Shown here in pieces: positions 27,470 through 35,933 of a stretch of 64,000 nucleotides of DNA. The translations under genes were made by a program, and so were the position numbers. Origin of the DNA: an uncultured Eubacteriales bacterium. Lineage in GTDB: Bacteria > Actinomycetota > Coriobacteriia > Anaerosomatales > JAAXUF01. Within the stretch, counting starts at the first letter, position 1; every line of letters starts with the position of its first letter. The notes under the pieces were generated by a model, which worked only from the letters and a program-made list of their open reading frames with translations, was not told the origin of the DNA and searched no databases. The stretch is from positions 334,317-398,316 of the forward strand of contig CAZFRE010000001.1 of the NCBI GenBank assembly GCA_964521195.1, read 5' to 3'.

Positions 27470-28165
27470 ATGCCCGACAAGCCCACACGAGCGACCGCCA
27501 TCGCCGCGATCGGCTGCATGGTCACGCTGAGCGTCATCGTCTTCGTGCTCGTCATGCGGTTGCCCGACGTGGTCGGGCTGGGCTCGCGCGTGAAGCTGCC
27601 GATCTTCCACGGGGCGTCCACCTGGGTGGACCTGATGCTCTTCGTGCTGATGGGAATCGCGGCCATCATCTACGTCGCCGGGCGAAGCGACCGTGTCTAC
27701 GCGTGGGAGGTCGGGCTGCGGGCGGTCGCCATGCCGCTGTGGGCCCTGAACAGCGTCCTCGGCTTGGTCGCAGCGCTCAACACGTGGGACTTCACGGCAT
27801 CCAAGCAGTCCCCGCTCGTCGTCGCAAGCCAGGACCCGCGACTGACGGCGCAGCTCGTGCTGTTGCTGGGCATCGGCATCGTGCTGCTGCTCGACTGGCT
27901 CGTGCATGAGAAGCGCGTGCACAAGGCCCTCACAGACCTCGCGTTCGTGGTCGTCGCGGCCTACCTGCTGTCCGACATCTTCTTGGACCCGGCGAAGCGG
28001 GCGCTTCATCCGGACAGTCCGGTGCTGAACTCGGGGTGGGAGATCAAGGGCCCGTTCTTCGGGATCGTCACCGCGTGGCTGGGTGCGATGCTGATCGGTG
28101 CGTGGCTCGTGAGCCGCTACGTCGGCCCCGAGACGTCGCTGCCGGACGCGCAGGAAGAGGCGTAA
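27470..28165 (+). CDS. 6-TM membrane protein, divergent CcmC/CcsA-like (haem-handling) candidate
   Basis: Predicted topology and landmarks parallel CcmC as I recall it. His in loop 1 (LPIFHGASTW). Degenerate Trp-rich loop ending in DPRLTAQLVLLL (compare WGxxWxWDxRLTSELVLL). His in loop 3 (ALHPDS). Confidence 0.4.
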   Translation: MPDKPTRATAIAAIGCMVTLSVIVFVLVMRLPDVVGLGSRVKLPIFHGASTWVDLMLFVLMGIAAIIYVAGRSDRVYAWEVGLRAVAMPLWALNSVLGLVAALNTWDFTASKQSPLVVASQDPRLTAQLVLLLGIGIVLLLDWLVHEKRVHKALTDLAFVVVAAYLLSDIFLDPAKRALHPDSPVLNSGWEIKGPFFGIVTAWLGAMLIGAWLVSRYVGPETSLPDAQEEA

Positions 28166-28217
28166 GTCCCGCGGCTCGCCACCCCGGGCGCCCTCACGCT
28201 GCGACCGGCGTCTGCCG

Positions 28218-28829
28218 ATGAACCCACAAAGGCCCCACACGAAGGACGACACACACATGGCCGACACCCGCCGAGCGATGCGCTCTCTCAGTTCGTCCGG
28301 CGCCGACCCCGAACTCGTGGCGGCGCTCCTGTCGGCCGTGTCCGACGCCGACGCGGTCGTCTCGTTCTCACTCCTGCGCGGGACGATTCCCGACGAGGAG
28401 CTCGTACTGCTCGCCAACCTCCGAGAAGTGCTGTTCGAGCTGCCGGAGCCGCCCTTTCGCGTGGGCGAGGACCTTGCGCTGCTGGAGCTCGGCGACGCGT
28501 ACGAGGACACCGGGCGATCGTATCGGCGGCTCTTCACGAGCAGCCACGGGGTGTTCGGGCTCGAGTTCCTCGGGCGGGGCAGACAGTGTGACGGCATCGT
28601 CGTCCACACGCCCAAGAGCCGCATGGAGCTCAGTACGGCCGGGGACTACCGCATCGACACCGAGATGATCACGCTGTTCGTGAATCACCGGATACTGCTC
28701 GACGCCTTGCTCGAGGCGCTCGCGCTCCTTGGCGTGCCGATGTCGCCGGCGATCCATGTGACACCGGAGGACTTCCTCGAGGAGCACGGTCCCGCAGCGG
28801 CATCGCAAGCGCTCGGCGAGCTGTTCTAG
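28218..28829 (+). CDS. hypothetical cytoplasmic protein
   Basis: Long ORF with normal composition. The start may be the Met at 28257. No family recognised. Confidence 0.4.
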   Translation: MNPQRPHTKDDTHMADTRRAMRSLSSSGADPELVAALLSAVSDADAVVSFSLLRGTIPDEELVLLANLREVLFELPEPPFRVGEDLALLELGDAYEDTGRSYRRLFTSSHGVFGLEFLGRGRQCDGIVVHTPKSRMELSTAGDYRIDTEMITLFVNHRILLDALLEALALLGVPMSPAIHVTPEDFLEEHGPAAASQALGELF

Positions 28830-28898
28830 CCGCGAGCGGCGCCGGCGTCCACGCCCGAATAGCCCCTCACCGACTGCGGCTTTCGGCTGTTCCCGGCA

Positions 28899-28926
28899 TT
28901 GACTTCGCGCGTCAAACGCATACCAT
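28899..28926 (+). promoter_or_regulatory. candidate sigma-70-type promoter for the nrdD leader
   Basis: TTGACT (28899-28904), a 16-nt spacer, then TACCAT (28921-28926), just upstream of the riboswitch. Confidence 0.4.
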
Positions 28927-28949
28927 ATGCTGTACCACGGTTCGCCAGA

Positions 28950-29118
28950 CCACCATATCTGGTGCTAAGAGGGAAGCCGGTGCGCCAACGCGGCAACGCC
29001 GGCGCTGCCCCCGCAACTGTAGACGGAGAGCCGCTGTCGACCACCGCCACTGGCGCGCAAGTGCTGGGAAGGCCCGACAGCCGCACTGACCCGCAAGCCA
29101 GTAGACCTGCCGTGGCGC
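28950..29118 (+). promoter_or_regulatory. cobalamin (B12) riboswitch upstream of nrdD
   Basis: Conserved blocks read directly: AGAGGGAAGCCGGTG (28968), GCCCCCGCAACTGTA (29007), B12 box GCCACTGG (29046), GGGAAGGC (29066), AGCCAGTAGACCTGCC (29096). Confidence 0.85.
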
Positions 29119-29226
29119 ACGAGCAATGTATCGCCAGGGCGGGGTGTCCCGGTGGCTTGCAGGGGGAGCGTCGACCGTCGCCTGCGCCAGCCGCAGACCA
29201 CCCGGACCTTGCAGAGGAGGACGGGT

Positions 29227-31251
29227 ATGGCAGCGCAGGGCATCTCGGCACCATCGGGCATCATCACTCGCGGCGGCCAGATCACGCCGTTTGAGCTTGA
29301 GAAGATCCGCTCGGCGATCGAGCGCGCGGGCAAGGCCACCAACGAGTTCGACGGGGACGAGGCCGACCTGCTTGCCAAGCAGGCGTTCAAGGTGCTCGCG
29401 CACCGCTTCGCCGACGCGCCGCCGCACATCGAGCAGATCCAGGACGTCGTCGAGCAGGTGCTGATCAGCGCCAACCACTTCGCGACGGCCCGTGCCTACA
29501 TCGTCTACCGAGAGCAGCGCGCCCGCCTGCGCGAGGACAAGCGCACCGTCGTCGAGGTCGAGAGCTCGATGAACGAGTACCTGTCGCGGGCCGACTGGCG
29601 GGTCAACGCCAACGCGAACCAGGGCTACTCGCTCGGCGGGCTGATCCTGAACGTGTCGGGCAAGGTCGTCGCGAACTACTGGCTCTCGCACGTCTACCCG
29701 CGCGAGGTCGGTCAGGCGCACCGCGACGGCGACGTCCACATCCACGACCTCGACATGCTCGCCGGCTACTGCGCGGGCTGGTCGCTGCGCACGCTGCTCA
29801 ACGAGGGCCTCAACGGCGTGCCCGGCAAGATCGAGTCGGGTCCCCCCAAGCACCTGTCGAGCGCCGTGGGCCAGATCGTGAACTTCCTCGGCACGCTGCA
29901 GAACGAGTGGGCTGGCGCGCAAGCGTTCAGCTCGTTCGACACGTACATGGCCGCGTTCGTGCGCAAGGACTCGCTGTCCTACGACGACGTGCGCCAGTCG
30001 ATCCAGGAGCTCGTCTACAACCTCAACGTCCCCTCGCGGTGGGGCACGCAGACGCCGTTCACGAACCTCACCTTTGACTGGACGTGCCCGGACGACCTCA
30101 AGGATGAGTACCCGATCATCGGCGGAGAGATCTGCGACTTCACCTACGGCGAGCTGCAGGCCGAGATGGACATGATCAACCGCGCCTACATCGAGGTCAT
30201 GACCGCGGGCGACGCCAAGGGCCGCGTCTTCACGTTCCCGATCCCGACGTACAACATCACGCCCGAGTTCCCCTGGGAGTCCGAGAACGCCGCGCTGCTC
30301 TTCGAGATGACGGCGAAGTACGGGCTTCCGTACTTCCAGAACTTCCTGAACTCCGAGCTCAAGCCGAACATGGTGCGCTCGATGTGCTGCCGCCTGCAGC
30401 TCGACCTCACCGAGCTGCTCAAGCGCGGCAACGGCCTCTTCGGCTCCGCCGAGCAGACCGGGTCACTCGGCGTCGTGACCATCAACTGCGCCCGTCTCGG
30501 CCACCTGTACGCGGGCAACGAGACGGCGCTGTATGCGGCGCTCGACACGCTGCTCGAGCTCTCGCGCACCTCGCTCGAGCTCAAACGCAAGGTCATCCAG
30601 CACCACATCGACGGCGGGCTGTTCCCGTACACCAAGCGCTACCTCGGCACGCTGCGCAACCACTTCTCGACGATCGGGGTCAACGGCCTCAACGAGATGG
30701 TGCGCAACTTCACCGGCGACGCGCACGACATCACGACGCCGGAAGGCCACGCGATGGCGGTACGCTTCCTCGACCACGTGCGCGAGCAGATCACGCGCTT
30801 CCAGGAGGAGACCGGGCACCTCTACAACCTTGAGGCCACGCCCGCGGAGGGCACCACGTACCGCTTCGCCCGTGAGGACAAGAAGCGCTACCCGGAGATC
30901 CTGCAGGCCGGCACGGCCGACAACCCGTACTACACCAACTCTTCGCAGCTGCCGGCTGGCTTCACCGACGACCCCTTCGAGGCGCTCTCGCGCCAGGAGG
31001 AGCTGCAGCGCAAGTACACCGGCGGCACCGTGCTGCACCTGTACATGGGCGAGCGGGTCTCCTCGGCGGAGGCGTGCAAGAAGCTCGTGAAGCGCTCGCT
31101 CGAGAACTTCCGCCTGCCCTACATCACGATCACCCCGACGTTCTCGGTCTGCCCCGTCCACGGCTATCTCGCCGGTGAGCACGAGTACTGTCCCGTCTGC
31201 GACGAGGAGATCGCCGAGAAGAAGCGGCTCGAAGCCGCGTCATGCTGCTGA
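29227..31251 (+). CDS. nrdD: anaerobic ribonucleoside-triphosphate reductase, large part (lacks the glycyl-radical loop)
   Basis: ATP-cone-like N-terminus (ITPFELEKIRSAIERA). Class III RNR core. C-terminal Zn site CPVH...CPVC. The ORF stops 17 codons after CPVC, with no RxxGY motif. Confidence 0.85.
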   Translation: MAAQGISAPSGIITRGGQITPFELEKIRSAIERAGKATNEFDGDEADLLAKQAFKVLAHRFADAPPHIEQIQDVVEQVLISANHFATARAYIVYREQRARLREDKRTVVEVESSMNEYLSRADWRVNANANQGYSLGGLILNVSGKVVANYWLSHVYPREVGQAHRDGDVHIHDLDMLAGYCAGWSLRTLLNEGLNGVPGKIESGPPKHLSSAVGQIVNFLGTLQNEWAGAQAFSSFDTYMAAFVRKDSLSYDDVRQSIQELVYNLNVPSRWGTQTPFTNLTFDWTCPDDLKDEYPIIGGEICDFTYGELQAEMDMINRAYIEVMTAGDAKGRVFTFPIPTYNITPEFPWESENAALLFEMTAKYGLPYFQNFLNSELKPNMVRSMCCRLQLDLTELLKRGNGLFGSAEQTGSLGVVTINCARLGHLYAGNETALYAALDTLLELSRTSLELKRKVIQHHIDGGLFPYTKRYLGTLRNHFSTIGVNGLNEMVRNFTGDAHDITTPEGHAMAVRFLDHVREQITRFQEETGHLYNLEATPAEGTTYRFAREDKKRYPEILQAGTADNPYYTNSSQLPAGFTDDPFEALSRQEELQRKYTGGTVLHLYMGERVSSAEACKKLVKRSLENFRLPYITITPTFSVCPVHGYLAGEHEYCPVCDEEIAEKKRLEAASCC

Positions 31252-31295
31252 CCCGCACGCGTTCATCCCGCACGCCCGCCACGAAAGGACCCGTC

Positions 31296-31487
31296 ATGAG
31301 CCACACCGACGACACCGCCCCCGAACTGCAGCTCCAGCCCGTCCTCTCCGATGAGGAGCGCCAGCCCTGTGAGATCTGGACGCGCGTGATGGGCTACCAC
31401 CGCCCGGTCGCGTCGTTCAACGCCGGCAAGAAGGGCGAATTCGCCGAGCGCACCTGCTTCACCGAGGACCGTGCCGAGCTCAACTAG
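31296..31487 (+). CDS. stand-alone NrdD glycyl-radical domain (63 aa)
   Basis: CEIWTRVMGYHRPVASFNAGKKGEFAER matches the class III RNR C-terminal glycyl-radical consensus (..R..GY.RPV...N.GK..EF..R). It is in a different frame from nrdD. Confidence 0.65.
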   Translation: MSHTDDTAPELQLQPVLSDEERQPCEIWTRVMGYHRPVASFNAGKKGEFAERTCFTEDRAELN

Positions 31488-32232
31488 CGACACGCGTGCG
31501 GCGGGCGCCTGGGACCAGCGCGACGCAGGGGCCCAGAGCCTGCCCGCCGCACCGCTGCGCGTCGCCGGGGTGTCGCCGCTTTCGAGCGTGGATTGGCCCG
31601 GCGAGCTTGCTGCGACGGTGTTCCTGCAGGGCTGCCCGTGGCGCTGCCCGTACTGCCACAACCCGCACCTGCAGGGCGTTGAGGGCGGCGATGCGCTCGA
31701 ATGGGGCGGCGTCCTCGACTTCCTGCGCGCACGCGTGGGCCTGCTCGACGGGGTCGTCTTCAGCGGCGGTGAGCCGACCGCGCAGAAGGCGCTCGCTGCC
31801 GCGATCGAAGAGGTGCGCGAGCTCGGGTTCCGCGTCGCGCTGCACACCGGAGGGCCGGTGCCCGCGCGCGTGACCGAAGTGCTGCCGCTGCTGGACTGGG
31901 TCGGCTTCGACCTCAAGGCCCCCTTCGAGGAATACGAGCGCATCACCCACGTGCCGCGCAGCGGCGACGCTGCGCGCGAGAGCCTGTTGGCGGTGGTGGC
32001 GAGCGGGGTCGCGTACGAGGTGCGAACGACGGTGCACCCGGCACTGCTCGATGAGGGCGCGTTGACGCGGATGGCCGATGAACTCGCGGCGCTCGGCGTG
32101 CACGAGTGGGTGCTGCAGCCGTTTCGCGCCGCGGGGTGCGCCGACGAGGGACTGCTGGCGACGGGGCCGGCGACGCTCGGGCTACCAGCCGATCTGCTCG
32201 GCCGAGTGGTCGACGTCTCGATCCGCGAGTAG
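31471..32232 (+). CDS. nrdG: anaerobic ribonucleotide reductase activating radical-SAM protein
   Basis: SSVDWPGELAATVFLQGCPWRCPYCHNP (CxxxCxxC). GTG start overlaps the preceding ORF. Confidence 0.85.
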   Translation: MPSSTSDTRAAGAWDQRDAGAQSLPAAPLRVAGVSPLSSVDWPGELAATVFLQGCPWRCPYCHNPHLQGVEGGDALEWGGVLDFLRARVGLLDGVVFSGGEPTAQKALAAAIEEVRELGFRVALHTGGPVPARVTEVLPLLDWVGFDLKAPFEEYERITHVPRSGDAARESLLAVVASGVAYEVRTTVHPALLDEGALTRMADELAALGVHEWVLQPFRAAGCADEGLLATGPATLGLPADLLGRVVDVSIRE

Positions 32233-32339
32233 CTCTCGGCACCTGGCGGCATTGTCGGCGAGTGCGCGAGGTCCCGACCTGCGGTGCTGGCGTCGTGAGG
32301 TTCGGCTCGGCTAGACTCGCAGCGTTCACAACAGAACAG

Positions 32340-32470
32340 GCGTCATTCGGTGCCCGGGAGCGCGCAAGCGGCCTCGGGAGAATAGGGAACCCGGTGAGAG
32401 TCCGGGACGGTACCCGCCACTGTGAGCGCCGCGATGACGCGGCGTGGAGTCAGGAGACCTGCCGAGTGAT
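32340..32470 (+). promoter_or_regulatory. cobalamin (B12) riboswitch upstream of btuF-like transporter operon
   Basis: AATAGGGAACCCGGTGAGAGTCCGGGAC (32381), GGTACCCGCCACTGTGA (32409, B12 box), AGTCAGGAGACCTGCC (32448). Confidence 0.9.
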
Positions 32471-32568
32471 GCGCGACGCGGCCTTCGAGGATAGAGGCCG
32501 GCTCGCGGTGCCCGGCGATGCGACTCCAACGGCCGGCTCCCCGAACCGCTCCGCTGCACACTCGAAAG

Positions 32569-32607
32569 CCCGCTCGCCTCGGTACGTCACAGGCGGCGGG
32601 TTTTCTC
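32569..32607 (+). terminator. candidate riboswitch expression-platform terminator
   Basis: cccgc(t)cgcc ...13-nt loop... ggcggcggg followed by TTTTCTC. Located between the aptamer and the btuF start. Confidence 0.55.
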
Positions 32608-32652
32608 ATGTCAGGGGCGCGTCATGACCGCCCCGTAGCAAGAGGAGGACGC

Positions 32653-33642
32653 ATGACCTGCACCACGCGCACGACCCGCACCGACCGGCCCACGCGCCGG
32701 GCCCGCCCGCGCATCGCGCTAGCGCTCGCGGCCGCGGCGCTCGCCGCCGCCGCGCTCGCAGGCTGCTCAGGCGCTGCGCCCGCGCCGCCCGCGCCCGCCG
32801 AGGCGCCCGCGCCCGCCGCAGCATTCCCGGTCACGATCACCGACGACGCGAGCCAGTCCGTCACAATCGAGACGGAGCCGCAGCGCATCGTCTCGCTCGC
32901 GCCGGCGAACACCGAGATCGCATTCGCGCTCGGCCTGGGCGACAAGGTCGTCGGCGTCACGACGTTCGACGACTACCCGGCCGAGGTGGCCGGAATCGCC
33001 AAGGTCGGCGACTTCACGACCCCGAACTTCGAGGCGATCGCCGCGGCCAAGCCCGACCTCGTGCTTGCGACGACCGGCGTGCAGGCCGACGCTATCGCCA
33101 AGCTCAAGGAACTCGGCGCCACCGTGATCGCGATCGACCCGCAGAGCCTCGAGGGTGTGTATACCGACATCGAGCGCGTCGGTCAGGCGACCGGCACTTC
33201 CGAGAAGGCGGCCGAGGTCGTCGGCGGCATGAAGGCCGAGGTCGCAGCGGTTCAGAAGGCGGTTGAGGGCACCGAGGCCGTCACCGCGTTCGTCGAGATC
33301 GCCCAAAACCCGCTCTATACCGTCGGCTCGGGCACGCTCATCGACGAGCTGCTGACGCTCGCAGGTGGCACCAACGTGGTGACCGAGCCGAGCTATGTCG
33401 CCTACTCCTCCGAGCACGTCATCAAGGCCGACCCGCAGGTCTACCTCGCGACGAAGGGCTCGATGAGCGACCCGGCCGCACTTGCCAAGCGCGCCGGCTT
33501 CGCCAAGCTCTCGGCGGTCAAGAACGACCGCGTCTACATTCTCGACGACAACTGGGTGTCGCGGCCGGGTCCGCGCGTGGTACTGGGCCTCAAGCAGATC
33601 GCGGCTGCGCTGCACCCCGGCGCGGTCGACGCCCCGCAGTAG
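32653..33642 (+). CDS. cobalamin/siderophore-type ABC substrate-binding lipoprotein (BtuF-like)
   Basis: ATG with GAGGAGGA upstream. Lipobox LAGC. PRIVSLAPANTEI.FALGLGDKVVGVT pattern. B12 riboswitch upstream. Confidence 0.8.
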   Translation: MTCTTRTTRTDRPTRRARPRIALALAAAALAAAALAGCSGAAPAPPAPAEAPAPAAAFPVTITDDASQSVTIETEPQRIVSLAPANTEIAFALGLGDKVVGVTTFDDYPAEVAGIAKVGDFTTPNFEAIAAAKPDLVLATTGVQADAIAKLKELGATVIAIDPQSLEGVYTDIERVGQATGTSEKAAEVVGGMKAEVAAVQKAVEGTEAVTAFVEIAQNPLYTVGSGTLIDELLTLAGGTNVVTEPSYVAYSSEHVIKADPQVYLATKGSMSDPAALAKRAGFAKLSAVKNDRVYILDDNWVSRPGPRVVLGLKQIAAALHPGAVDAPQ

Positions 33643-33645
33643 CCG

Positions 33646-34662
33646 ATGAGCGCCCGCCGGCAGCCGCGCCCTGCGCTCGCACTCGCCGCACTCGCCGTCA
33701 CGTTGTTGGCGGCGATGGTGGCAGGCGTGGCGCTCGGCGCGGTGCCGGTCGCGCCAGCCGACGTCATCGGTGCGATCGGCCGGGCGCTTCGCGGTGCGAC
33801 GAGCGGGCTCGCCGACACCCTCATCATCGACGTGCGCCTGCCCCGTGTGGTGCTCGCAGCGCTCGTGGGGGCGGCGCTCGGCGGCGCGGGCGCTCTGTAC
33901 CAGGCACTCTTCCGTAACCCGCTCGCCGACCCCTACATCCTCGGCATCTCGAGCGGCGCAGGTCTCGGCGCGATGGCGGCGATCGTGGCGACGGCCGGAG
34001 CCACGGCGCTGCGCTTTGCGGCCGTACCGCTCTCCGCGTTCGTGGGCGCAACTCTCACCATGCTGCTCGTCGTGCGGCTTGCGACGCATCGTGGCCGGCT
34101 CGATGCGACATCGCTCCTGCTCGCGGGTGTCGCGCTGTCGTACACGCTCGCGGCGGTCACTTCGTTTCTGATGGTCGTCGCGCGCGAGCAGATGGCGGCC
34201 ATCGTCTACTGGATGATGGGCGGCTTCTCGGCGGCGTCATGGCCGTACGTCGCGATGGTCGCGCCGATGTTTGTGGCCGGCATCGTGTTGCCACTGCTCT
34301 CGACGCGAGAGCTCAACCTCATGCTGCTCGGTGACGAGCGCGCGGGGCATCTCGGCCTGTCCGTCGAGCGCTTCAAGCTGCTCACGCTCGCCTCGGCATC
34401 GCTGCTCACGGCGGCGGCGGTCTCGGTGGCCGGTCTTATCGGGTTCGTCGGGCTCATGACGCCGCACATGGTGCGGCTCGTACTCGGCCCCGACCATCGC
34501 ACCCTGCTGCCCGCATCGTTGCTCGGGGGCGCGATCGTGCTCGTGCTCGCCGACCTCGTCGCACGTACGATCATCGCGCCGATCGAGATTCCGGTGGGTA
34601 TCGTGACGGCGGTGCTCGGCGGGCCGTTCTTCATCTGGCTGCTCGTCAGGGGGCGACGATGA
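33646..34662 (+). CDS. FecCD-family ABC permease (BtuC-like)
   Basis: RLPRV..A.LVGAALG.AGA.YQ...NPLADPYILGISSGA and a C-terminal ...GGPFFIWLL. Confidence 0.9.
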   Translation: MSARRQPRPALALAALAVTLLAAMVAGVALGAVPVAPADVIGAIGRALRGATSGLADTLIIDVRLPRVVLAALVGAALGGAGALYQALFRNPLADPYILGISSGAGLGAMAAIVATAGATALRFAAVPLSAFVGATLTMLLVVRLATHRGRLDATSLLLAGVALSYTLAAVTSFLMVVAREQMAAIVYWMMGGFSAASWPYVAMVAPMFVAGIVLPLLSTRELNLMLLGDERAGHLGLSVERFKLLTLASASLLTAAAVSVAGLIGFVGLMTPHMVRLVLGPDHRTLLPASLLGGAIVLVLADLVARTIIAPIEIPVGIVTAVLGGPFFIWLLVRGRR

Positions 34663-35933
34663 TGCCTACACCCCTGACTCCAGCACTGCTGTCATACGAG
34701 GCGGCCGCGGTCGGCTATGCCGCCGCACCGGTCGTGTCGGAGGCGACGTTGCAGGTCCACGCGGGCGAGGTCGTGGGGCTCGTCGGTCCGAACGGCGCGG
34801 GCAAGTCCACGCTTCTGCGCGCTGTGACCGGTGACGCCGAGATCCTCGGCGGGGCGCTCTACGTGGGTGGAACCGAAGTGCGGGTGCTCGCGCCACTCGA
34901 CCGAGCGCGGCTTGTCGGCGTCGTACCGCAGCAGGTCACAGCGGCCTTCGCGCTTCCGGCGCGCGAGTACGTCGAGATGGGCCGATACGCACACCTGCCG
35001 CGCTTCTCGGCGCTCGGCGAGGCGGATCGCGCCGTCGTCGACGAAGCACTCGACCTCACCGATACCAAGCATCTCGCGTCGCGTCCGACCGATGAGCTGT
35101 CCGGCGGCGATCTGCAACGGCTCGCGCTCGCGCAGGCGCTCGCGCAGCAGCCGCGCATGCTGCTGCTTGACGAGCCGGTCAGTCATCTCGACTTGAACCA
35201 CCGCCTGCAGGTGCTCGACCTCGTGCGGCAGTTCGCCGCGGAGCGCGACATCGGAGTCCTCGCCGTCTTCCACGACCTCGACCTCGCGGCGCGGTACGCG
35301 GACCGTGTGAGCATCGTCGCTGGCGGGCGTCTGGGCGAGGCGCAACCGCCGGAGCAGGTGATCACCGCCGAGTCCCTCAGGACCGTCTTCGGCGTTCGCG
35401 CCGTGGTGGGGACCGACCCGGTCACCGGGTCGGTGAGCGTGACGCCCGTGCTGCGCGAAGGCGCGGTTGCAGCTGGCGGGCGCGGAACGGTGCTCGTGAT
35501 CGGCGGGTCCGGCGCGGCAGCTCCGCTGCTACGACGCCTCGTCCTGGCCGGGTGGGACGTCAGCGCGGGAGCGCTCAACGCTGGCGACGCCGACCAGATC
35601 CTCGCCGAGGCGCTCGGCGTACCCTACGTCGCTCTGTCGCCATTCGCGCCCATGGACGAGACCGCCGCCGAGAAGACCGCTGCCATCGCCCGCGAGGCGG
35701 ACGCGGTGATCGTATGCCAGGTGCCTTTCGGGCACGGCAACGTCGCAAATCTCGCGGCCGCCGCCGAGGCCGCCCGTGCCGGACGGCGCGTGGTGCTGGT
35801 AGGCGACATCGAGGGGCGCGACTACACCGGGGGCACGGCTGCGGTGCTGTGGGAGAAGGCGCTCGCCGCGGGGGCGATCACCGTAGCCGATGCGGAGCAC
35901 GCCTTCGACGAACTGAGCGGCATCGCGGGGTAG
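34659..35933 (+). CDS. ABC ATPase (BtuD/FepC-like) fused to an uncharacterised ~165-aa C-terminal domain
   Basis: Walker A GPNGAGKST, signature LSGGDLQR, Walker B LLLDEP. An additional alpha/beta-like domain starts at about residue 260 (VLVIGGSGAAAPLLRRLVLAGWDV...). Confidence 0.8.
   Translation: MMPTPLTPALLSYEAAAVGYAAAPVVSEATLQVHAGEVVGLVGPNGAGKSTLLRAVTGDAEILGGALYVGGTEVRVLAPLDRARLVGVVPQQVTAAFALPAREYVEMGRYAHLPRFSALGEADRAVVDEALDLTDTKHLASRPTDELSGGDLQRLALAQALAQQPRMLLLDEPVSHLDLNHRLQVLDLVRQFAAERDIGVLAVFHDLDLAARYADRVSIVAGGRLGEAQPPEQVITAESLRTVFGVRAVVGTDPVTGSVSVTPVLREGAVAAGGRGTVLVIGGSGAAAPLLRRLVLAGWDVSAGALNAGDADQILAEALGVPYVALSPFAPMDETAAEKTAAIAREADAVIVCQVPFGHGNVANLAAAAEAARAGRRVVLVGDIEGRDYTGGTAAVLWEKALAAGAITVADAEHAFDELSGIAG

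Noticed and set aside
31249-31251. The TGA at the end of nrdD read as selenocysteine or a read-through codon.
   Set aside because: Continuing in frame hits another TGA after 15 codons. The glycyl-radical motif lies in a different frame. I saw no SECIS-like hairpin.
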